Positions 8,529 to 14,598 of a stretch of 24,000 nucleotides of DNA are shown piece after piece (the stretch's first letter is position 1; each line of letters starts with the position of its first letter). The notes beneath the pieces were generated by a model. That model had not been told where the DNA came from. It was given only the letters and a program-made list of their open reading frames with translations, and made no database searches. Source of the DNA: Christensenella sp. UBA1782 (lineage in GTDB: Bacteria; Bacillota; Clostridia; Christensenellales; DTU072); the NCBI GenBank assembly GCA_002315475.1, contig DCGI01000083.1, positions 778-24,777 on the forward strand, written 5' to 3'. The position numbers were made by a program, and so were the translations under genes.

Positions 8529-9011
8529 ATGAAAGCAAACAAGAAAAAAATCATCGTACTGGTATCTTTGGTCGTTCTGTTGGCGGGTGTAGCCTGTCTA
8601 AACTACTTTTTGACCGTATACAAAGGCAAAAGTGGTTCCGCTACCGACGAAACCGGCACAACACAAACCTTTTTCAGTACCTACCGAGAGGACAGAACGG
8701 CTACGCGCAGTCAAGAAATCTTGTATCTCGAAGAAATGATGGCGAGCACGACCGCCGACGAGCAGACGATAGCCGACGCCAAAAAAATGTACTTGGATTT
8801 AGTCGCGGCGATGGAAACGGAAACCACGTTGGAAGGGTTGATTAAGGCGTACGGATTCGACGATTGTATCGTAACCATCAGCGATAATAACGTCAACGTC
8901 GTCATCAAAGACAGCGATTTGACCGTAGAAGAAACGGCGCAGATACTCAGTATCATCACTTCGGAAACCGATTACTGTGCGGCGGACGTCATCGTGATTC
9001 CTTATGTGTAA
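8529..9011 (+). CDS. spoIIIAH: Stage III sporulation protein AH
   Basis: 160-aa ORF with SD AAGGAGG, a single N-terminal TM (KKIIVLVSLVVLLAGVACLNYF) and an extracytoplasmic domain. It is the last gene of the series. Confidence 0.75.
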   Translation: MKANKKKIIVLVSLVVLLAGVACLNYFLTVYKGKSGSATDETGTTQTFFSTYREDRTATRSQEILYLEEMMASTTADEQTIADAKKMYLDLVAAMETETTLEGLIKAYGFDDCIVTISDNNVNVVIKDSDLTVEETAQILSIITSETDYCAADVIVIPYV

Positions 9012-9101
9012 CTCTTCACAAAACCGCCGATAGGCAAAAAATCAACACGTTATACGAAGGAAAAACTCTGTAAAAGGGACGTTTTTAATAAGAAAATTTG
9101 C

Positions 9102-9130
9102 TTGCGTTGAAGAATCGTTTGTGTTATACT
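9102..9130 (+). promoter_or_regulatory. Candidate sigmaA promoter (extended -10) for the Asp23-nusB-folD-xseAB unit
   Basis: TTGCGT (9102-9107), 17 nt, then TATACT (9125-9130), preceded by TGt (9122-9124). Confidence 0.4.
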
Positions 9131-9139
9131 TTATAATGT

Positions 9140-9475
9140 ATGAAAAGGAAAACGAACGATTCTTCTTTGCAACAGGGAGCAGGAAATCAAAACAACCTCA
9201 TCACTTCTCTCATCAATACCGCCGTCGACCAAACGGACGGTATTGCCGGTGACGTGAAAGAAGGAAATTCCCGAAAAAAGGCGTCTCGCAACATTCGATT
9301 GACCGTAAACGATAACGAAATAACGGTCAACGTTTCCGTCAACGTCATTTTCGGCTTTAACGTTCCTACCGTAGCCTGTGAATTGCAGGAAAAAATTATC
9401 CGCAACATACAAGAAAATACATCCCTAACGGTCAAAGCTGTCAACGTTCACGTCAGCAATGCCATCTTTTTATAA
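9140..9475 (+). CDS. Asp23/Gls24-family (alkaline shock protein-like) protein
   Basis: 111-aa ORF whose C-terminal two-thirds fit the Asp23 pattern (...ITVNVSVNVIFGFNVPTVACELQEKIIRNIQENTSLTVKAVNVHVSNA). It occupies the conserved position between spoIIIAH and nusB. The N-terminus is uncertain because no SD is present. Confidence 0.65.
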   Translation: MKRKTNDSSLQQGAGNQNNLITSLINTAVDQTDGIAGDVKEGNSRKKASRNIRLTVNDNEITVNVSVNVIFGFNVPTVACELQEKIIRNIQENTSLTVKAVNVHVSNAIFL

Positions 9476-9477
9476 TT

Positions 9478-9894
9478 ATGAGCAGAAAAATAGCACGAGA
9501 ATACGCCTACAAACTGATTTTTGAGTTTCTTTTTAACCATACGAGAAATCAACACACCTACGACATTTTTACCCACCTTGATTTGGATGCGGGCGACGTA
9601 GAATATTTAGGAAAAGTCTATAACGGCGTCATGACCGAATACGAAGATTTAACCAAAGAAATCGAAAAATACGCACATGGTTTTACGTTGGACAGAATCT
9701 ATAAACCCGATATTGCCGCCTTGCTTCTTTCGGTTTACGAAATGAAGTACATGACCGATATTCCTCATTCGGTTTCCATGAATGAGGCGGTATTGTTGGT
9801 AAAAAAATACTCCACCGATAAGAGCCACTCTTTCGTCAACGGCATTTTATCGTCCGTTCATAAAGAATTGGAAGAAAAAAATGGAAATAATTGA
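9478..9894 (+). CDS. nusB: Transcription antitermination factor NusB
   Basis: 138-aa ORF (MSRKIAREYAYKLIFEF..., ...KSHSFVNGILSSV) in conserved synteny with folD. Confidence 0.85.
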   Translation: MSRKIAREYAYKLIFEFLFNHTRNQHTYDIFTHLDLDAGDVEYLGKVYNGVMTEYEDLTKEIEKYAHGFTLDRIYKPDIAALLLSVYEMKYMTDIPHSVSMNEAVLLVKKYSTDKSHSFVNGILSSVHKELEEKNGNN

Positions 9895-10711
9895 CGGGAA
9901 AAAAGTTTCCGCAGCGTGCCGGGAAGAAATAAAACAAGAACTAACTTCACTCGGTAAAAAGGTGGGTTTGGCCGTTCTTTTGGTAGGAAACGACAAAGCG
10001 TCGGAAATTTACGTCCGTAACAAAGAAAACGCCTGCAAAGAAGTCGGTATTCAGTCGTATCCTTTTATTTTTGACGAAAACGCCGACGAACAGAGCATTA
10101 TTCAAACGATTATCGCATGTAATCAAAATCCCGATATATACGGTATTTTGGTGCAATTACCCCTTCCCGAACGATTGGATGCCGCAAAAATTCTTTCTTA
10201 TATCGATCCTAAAAAGGACGTCGACGGTTTCAGTCGATATCAAATGGGAAAACTTCTTTTGGGAGAAGATTGTTTGGTGAGTTGCACGCCGCAGGGAATT
10301 CTGCAATTATTGGACGCCTACCATATTCCCGTTGCGGGGAAAAAAGCGGTGGTCGTGGGAAGAAGCAATATCGTCGGCAAGCCGATTGCGCTCTTGCTTT
10401 TACAACGGAACGCAACGGTAACCGTTTGTCACTCAAAAACCGAAAATGTAGCGGAATACACCAAAAACTGCGATATTTTAGTGGTCGCCGTCGGGAAAAA
10501 AGGGTTCATTACCGGAGATATGGTAGGAGAGAACACCGTTGTTATCGACGTCGGCATCAACCGTGTGGACGGAAAGCTTTTCGGGGACGTCGATTTTGAC
10601 ACAGTCGCCCCGAAATGTTCTTATATTACCCCCGTCCCCGGCGGCGTAGGGCCGATGACGGTTACCATGCTTCTCAAAAATACCGTTAAGGCGGCGAAAA
10701 ATGCCCACTAA
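9881..10711 (+). CDS. folD: Bifunctional methylenetetrahydrofolate dehydrogenase/cyclohydrolase FolD
   Basis: 276-aa ORF (MEIIDGKKVS..., YGILVQLPLP, VVGRSNIVGKPIALLL, TPVPGGVGPMTVTMLL). Confidence 0.9.
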   Translation: MEIIDGKKVSAACREEIKQELTSLGKKVGLAVLLVGNDKASEIYVRNKENACKEVGIQSYPFIFDENADEQSIIQTIIACNQNPDIYGILVQLPLPERLDAAKILSYIDPKKDVDGFSRYQMGKLLLGEDCLVSCTPQGILQLLDAYHIPVAGKKAVVVGRSNIVGKPIALLLLQRNATVTVCHSKTENVAEYTKNCDILVVAVGKKGFITGDMVGENTVVIDVGINRVDGKLFGDVDFDTVAPKCSYITPVPGGVGPMTVTMLLKNTVKAAKNAH

Positions 10712-11888
10712 AGACTATCTCACCGTCGAAGAACTCAATTATTACATTCATCACGTTTTCCAAGAAGAAGATTTACTGCATAACGTCCCCGTCGTAGGCG
10801 AAGTGTCCGGTTGCACCGTTGTCAACGGCACCTGTTATTTCGTCTTAAAAGACGCCAAAGCACAAATAAAAATCGTTTTTTATAACTGTCCTTTGGAAAA
10901 TGCACCCAAAAACGGCGACCAAGTTTTGGTGCGGGGCAGCGTGGACTATTATTCCAAAGCGGGACAGCTCAACGTAAAAGCCTATCAAATTACCCCTTTC
11001 GGAAAAGGAATCCTATACGAACAATTAGAGAAATTACGAAAAAAGTTGGAATCGGAAGGGTTGTTTCGGGACGACCATAAAAAAGATATACCCGTTTGCC
11101 CGAAACGGGTAGCCGTCGTCACCAGTACGCAGGGAGCGGCGGTACAAGACTTTTTGACGACGTCTCTGAAAAAGAATACGGCGACCGATATTTCGGTCAT
11201 TGACGTACGCGTGCAAGGGGAATACTGCGTTTCGGATATCGTTACGGCACTGACGAACGCCGACGATTACGGATACGACGTGATCGTTATCGCAAGAGGG
11301 GGCGGCTCCTTCGAAGATTTGTACTGTTTTAACGACGAACGACTCGTTCGGACGATTTACGATATGAAAACACCGATTATTTCGGCGATCGGACATGAAA
11401 CGGACTACACTTTATGCGACTATGTGGCGGATTATCGTGCCATCACGCCGACCGCCGCCGCCGAAAAAGTTGCGTTCGATACCGGCATTATTAAAAACGA
11501 AATTTTGGACTTAATCGAAGAAATTGCCGACCTCGTCAACGATACGTTGGAATCCAAAATCGAACGTATCGTCCGATGCTGCGAAAGCATACGAAGTCAA
11601 GCCAACCTTCTGATTTCGGAACAGTACGGCACGATTTTGAACCTTACCGAGTTGTTAAAAATCTACACCAACGCAAAACTGGAAAAAGAAACGAGTAAAT
11701 TCGGCTATCTTACCACCCGTTTAGAAGACTTAAACCCCTTAAAAATAATAAAAAACGGATATTTTCGCATGGTACGAAACGGAGAAACCGTTTTCGACAC
11801 CGAACCGTTACAAACGGGTGACGAAGTAGAACTTATCGGCAGTCAAGAAAAAATAATAGCAAAAATTCTTGCAAAGGAGACCTTATGA
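10701..11888 (+). CDS. xseA: Exodeoxyribonuclease VII large subunit
   Basis: 395-aa ORF with an OB-fold N-terminus (LTVEELNYYIHHVF...VVGEVSG) and a catalytic core (VAVVTSTQGAAVQDF, IARGGGSFEDL, SAIGHETDYTL). xseB follows it. Confidence 0.9.
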   Translation: MPTKDYLTVEELNYYIHHVFQEEDLLHNVPVVGEVSGCTVVNGTCYFVLKDAKAQIKIVFYNCPLENAPKNGDQVLVRGSVDYYSKAGQLNVKAYQITPFGKGILYEQLEKLRKKLESEGLFRDDHKKDIPVCPKRVAVVTSTQGAAVQDFLTTSLKKNTATDISVIDVRVQGEYCVSDIVTALTNADDYGYDVIVIARGGGSFEDLYCFNDERLVRTIYDMKTPIISAIGHETDYTLCDYVADYRAITPTAAAEKVAFDTGIIKNEILDLIEEIADLVNDTLESKIERIVRCCESIRSQANLLISEQYGTILNLTELLKIYTNAKLEKETSKFGYLTTRLEDLNPLKIIKNGYFRMVRNGETVFDTEPLQTGDEVELIGSQEKIIAKILAKETL

Positions 11889-12112
11889 ATTACGAAGAAA
11901 CCATGAAAAAATTGGAAGCCATCGTTGCCAAACTCAAAGAAGACAAAATCGGCATCGAAGAAAGTTTGGAACTCTATTCGGAAGGTATCCGACTCGCCAA
12001 AGAAGGACTTGCCTCCCTAAACGGGTTCAAAGGAAAAATAGAATTACTCAATAAGGATTTATCCAAATTGGAACCGAAAACGGAAGACGAAACGGACGAG
12101 GATGAAGAATAA
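11885..12112 (+). CDS. xseB: Exodeoxyribonuclease VII small subunit
   Basis: 75-aa ORF (YEETMKKLEAIVAKLKEDKIGIEESLELYSEGIRLAK) with SD AAGGAGA and ATGA coupling to xseA. Confidence 0.85.
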   Translation: MNYEETMKKLEAIVAKLKEDKIGIEESLELYSEGIRLAKEGLASLNGFKGKIELLNKDLSKLEPKTEDETDEDEE

Positions 12113-12162
12113 ACTCAAAAAAAGATTGTTTTTTTGAAAAATAAAATAGTTTTCTAAAAGAA

Positions 12163-12194
12163 TTGACATTTTTTTTGAAATCCGTTATTATAAT
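12163..12194 (+). promoter_or_regulatory. Near-consensus sigmaA promoter driving the large ncRNA
   Basis: TTGACA (12163-12168), 17 nt, then TATTAT (12186-12191). An overlapping TATAAT lies at 12189-12194. This predicts a 5' end at about 12198-12201. Confidence 0.6.
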
Positions 12195-12200
12195 AATATC

Positions 12201-12758
12201 GGTGGCACAGTATTCTAGTCAGGTACAAAACAGTCAGGACGGGGATAAAATACCGTTAAAGGGCACATCGTTGAAGTTTCTTGTGCTGGCCTTGATTGCC
12301 CAAATCGGGGCTGGTGCTGGGAGTTAAGGTTTTTGGGCATACCGTAACGGCATACGGAACATGACCCAATTATCGTGGAGACCCGAAACGGCAAAAGTAC
12401 TCAGTCTTTTGCTGTTCGGGATTAAACCTGCAATGCGGTAACTAATAGCTGTGTGCAGTGTAGCCTGCCTTGAGTGAAGCAAGCGAATGAAGGGTTCGGT
12501 TTTTTTATCGTCGGCCGGCGAAGAAAAATACTTTGCCTTCTGAAACTTTCCTTTGCAAAAGAGGATAAACTGTTCAGGGCCTGCTAAGGAAATCTTCTAG
12601 ACTGATTAAGTTAAGGATTATAGTGTGTTCTCAGTGGCGATTCGGTGCGTATTTTACGGTTGTTTCTTAAAAGGAAACTGCTTCTACGGCGACGAGAAGT
12701 GAGACAGCGGGAAACCCTACCGAACCTATGACGCAAGGTTTACTTAACTTATGCCACC
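12201..12758 (+). ncRNA. ole: Large structured non-coding RNA, most likely OLE (ornate, large, extremophilic) RNA
   Basis: The 671-nt gap has no ORF of 60 aa or more on either strand, and it has a dedicated promoter. Several helices are readable directly: 12382-12420, 12489-12540, 12662-12678, 12681-12699 (with a GCGA loop) and 12709-12717. A long-range helix pairs GGTGGCA (12201-12207) with TGCCACC (12752-12758). The position between xseB and a 4-TM protein plus tlyA matches the published OLE/oapA neighbourhood. I did not check it against the covariance model. Confidence 0.65.
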
Positions 12759-12783
12759 TTATCCATAAAGTAAAGGTGCAAAA

Positions 12784-13377
12784 ATGGCAAAAAAAGAGGA
12801 AAATTCCTCACACAAAGAAAAAAAATCCAAAAAGCTGTCGGCAGGAACGATTTGGACGATAAAAATCACGATTATTACGTTGGTTCTTGCGTTTGCGGTC
12901 AGCTTCGTTACCGAAATTGCCTCCACCAAATCCAATATTATCGTATCCGTTTTATTGTTGATATTTTTGATAGCCATCGCCATTTTATTCGATGCCGTCG
13001 GCGTCGCCGCCACAAGTTGCGACCTGCCCCCTCTGTTATCCATGGCTTCCCGAAAGGTAAAGGGTGCCGGTATGGCGGTAAAGCTCGTAAAAAATGCCGG
13101 AAAAGTATCCAATATCTGTAATGACGTCATCGGAGACATGGCGGGCATCATCAGCGGTACCTGCGGTGCCGCCATTATTATCAAAATTCTCACCTATAAC
13201 GATTCTCTTTCGGAGTATTCTTTATTGCTCGGTATCGTCATGAGTTCGATTATCTCGGCTATTACCGTCGGAGGAAAGGCATTTTTCAAAGGGATTGCCA
13301 TCAAAAATTCCAAAGAAATGATTCTTTTTGCGGGAAGAGTCCTATCTGTCTTTTCCGCAAAAAAGAGGAAAAAATGA
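12784..13377 (+). CDS. oapA: OLE-associated membrane protein A (OapA)-like, 4 predicted TM helices
   Basis: 197-aa ORF with SD AAGGTG at 12773-12778 and Lys-rich N- and C-termini. Four hydrophobic segments are present. FDAVGVAA and NDVIGDMAGIISG give a DxxxD pair (D114/D118, nt 13123-13137). It sits immediately 3' of the ncRNA and is coupled to tlyA by ATGA. Confidence 0.6.
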   Translation: MAKKEENSSHKEKKSKKLSAGTIWTIKITIITLVLAFAVSFVTEIASTKSNIIVSVLLLIFLIAIAILFDAVGVAATSCDLPPLLSMASRKVKGAGMAVKLVKNAGKVSNICNDVIGDMAGIISGTCGAAIIIKILTYNDSLSEYSLLLGIVMSSIISAITVGGKAFFKGIAIKNSKEMILFAGRVLSVFSAKKRKK

Positions 13378-14090
13378 GATTGGATGTTTTTTTAACGGAA
13401 AACGGTTTTTCTTGCAGTCGTACGCGAGCCAAAAATCTTATCGAATTGGGTTCGGTTACGGTAAACGGAAAAATCGCAGACAAGCCGTCCGCCGAAGTCA
13501 ACGCCGAGGACGAGGTAAAGATTCTTTCCGATTACGATGCGAGTTTGGGCGGAATCAAGCTTCGGGGAGCCATAGAAAAAACAAAGGTTTCGGTTTCCGG
13601 ATGTTGTTGTTTGGATATCGGTTCTTCCAACGGCGGTTTTTGCGACGTCCTTCTTTCCTTCGGTGCGAAAAAGGTTATTGCTTGCGACGTTGCGGAATGT
13701 GCTCTGCCCGATAGATTGAAAACCGACGCAAGGATTCTTATCAAAGACAACACCAACGCTCGCTTTTTGATGCCCGAAGATTTACCTTACCAACCCGACT
13801 TTATTACGGTGGACGTCAGTTTTATTTCCCTTTCTTTTATTCTGCCGACCGTTTATCGTTGCTTAAAACAAGGCGGAAAAGCTCTTACTTTGGTAAAACC
13901 GCAATTTGAATGTGGCAAGCAGGCACTATCCAAAAAAGGGGTTATTCTCCATAAAAAAGACGAAGAAAGGGCGGTTGCGTCTATGCGAAAAACAGCCGAA
14001 GAGTTAGGTTTTACCGTCCTCGACTCTTTTCCCGCACCCCATCCCTTCGCAAACAAAAATCAAGAATATTTTTTATTTTTATGCAAATAA
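13374..14090 (+). CDS. tlyA: TlyA-family rRNA 2'-O-methyltransferase (S4 domain + FtsJ-like)
   Basis: 238-aa ORF (MRLDVFLTENGFSCSRTRAKNLIELGSVTVNGK..., LDIGSSNGGFCDVLL, DVSFISL, LVKPQFE). Confidence 0.85.
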   Translation: MRLDVFLTENGFSCSRTRAKNLIELGSVTVNGKIADKPSAEVNAEDEVKILSDYDASLGGIKLRGAIEKTKVSVSGCCCLDIGSSNGGFCDVLLSFGAKKVIACDVAECALPDRLKTDARILIKDNTNARFLMPEDLPYQPDFITVDVSFISLSFILPTVYRCLKQGGKALTLVKPQFECGKQALSKKGVILHKKDEERAVASMRKTAEELGFTVLDSFPAPHPFANKNQEYFLFLCK

Positions 14091-14122
14091 CTATTGCATA
14101 ATTGCCTTTCTCGATGTATAAT
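14079..14122 (+). promoter_or_regulatory. argR promoter with an overlapping palindromic operator (ARG-box-like)
   Basis: TTGCAT (14094-14099), 17 nt, then TATAAT (14117-14122). The inverted repeat TTATGCAA (14079-14086) / TTGCATAA (14094-14101) covers the -35 box and the tlyA stop. Confidence 0.5.
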
Positions 14123-14154
14123 TTATTATATTTTTTTGAGTGAGGTATCCTTTC

Positions 14155-14598
14155 ATGAAACAAAACGCCAGACAAAACGCCATTATCGACATTATCACGC
14201 ATCGAGAGGTCAGTACACAATCGGAACTGACGTTTTTATTGAAAGAGCAAGGATTTAACGCCACGCAAGCCACCGTTTCCCGAGATATTTGCGACTTGCA
14301 TCTTATAAAAATTCAAGGAAGCGTTCGAAAATTTCGTTATGCGCAAAAAAAAGCCGACGAAAAAATAACGCATTTGGCAAAAATTTTCAAAGAAACCGTA
14401 CTTTCCATCGTACCCGCACAAAACCTTCTCGTCATCAAAACCTATCCGGGAAACGCCAATTCGGTAGCCGCACTCGTGGACGGCTTAGAACTTTCTCTCA
14501 TACTCGGCACGATTTCGGGGGACGATACCTTTTTAATTATCACCAAAGACGCAGAAGACGCTCATAAAGTGGAGAAAATTTTGAAGGAGTATTTATGA
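14155..14598 (+). CDS. argR: Arginine repressor ArgR/AhrC
   Basis: I chose ATG 14155 (GAGG at 14142-14145), giving 147 aa (MKQNARQNAIIDIITHREVSTQSELTFLLKEQGFNATQATVSRDI..., GTISGDDTFLII). The GTG 14140 start in the track is less likely. Confidence 0.9.
   Translation: MKQNARQNAIIDIITHREVSTQSELTFLLKEQGFNATQATVSRDICDLHLIKIQGSVRKFRYAQKKADEKITHLAKIFKETVLSIVPAQNLLVIKTYPGNANSVAALVDGLELSLILGTISGDDTFLIITKDAEDAHKVEKILKEYL

Noticed and set aside
12115-12137. TCAAAAAAA-GATTG-TTTTTTTGA hairpin after xseB, considered as a possible terminator.
   Set aside because: The stem is almost entirely A-U pairs and would be very unstable. It may help end xseB transcription, but it is not a convincing intrinsic terminator.
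12200-12760. Alternative identities for the large ORF-free region: RNase P RNA, tmRNA, SRP/6S RNA, a T-box or riboswitch leader of oapA, or a group II intron.
   Set aside because: I found no GAGGAAAGTCC-type RNase P core motif. There is no tRNA-like 5'-GGGG...CCA-3' end or tag ORF ending in ALAA as expected for tmRNA. The region is far too long for SRP, 6S, T-box or known riboswitches. It has no intron-encoded ORF and no recognisable domain V. Genomic context fits OLE much better. A covariance-model search is still needed.
12759-13193. 144-aa minus-strand ORF antisense to oapA.
   Set aside because: It lies entirely antisense to a well-formed 4-TM ORF that has an SD and is translationally coupled to tlyA. 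It has no start context of its own, and its composition is that of a mirror-frame artefact. The same reasoning applies to the antisense ORFs at 631-1017, 4156-4563, 5850-6260, 7405-7842, 15391-15768, 16713-17156, 18432-18959 and 19308-19640.
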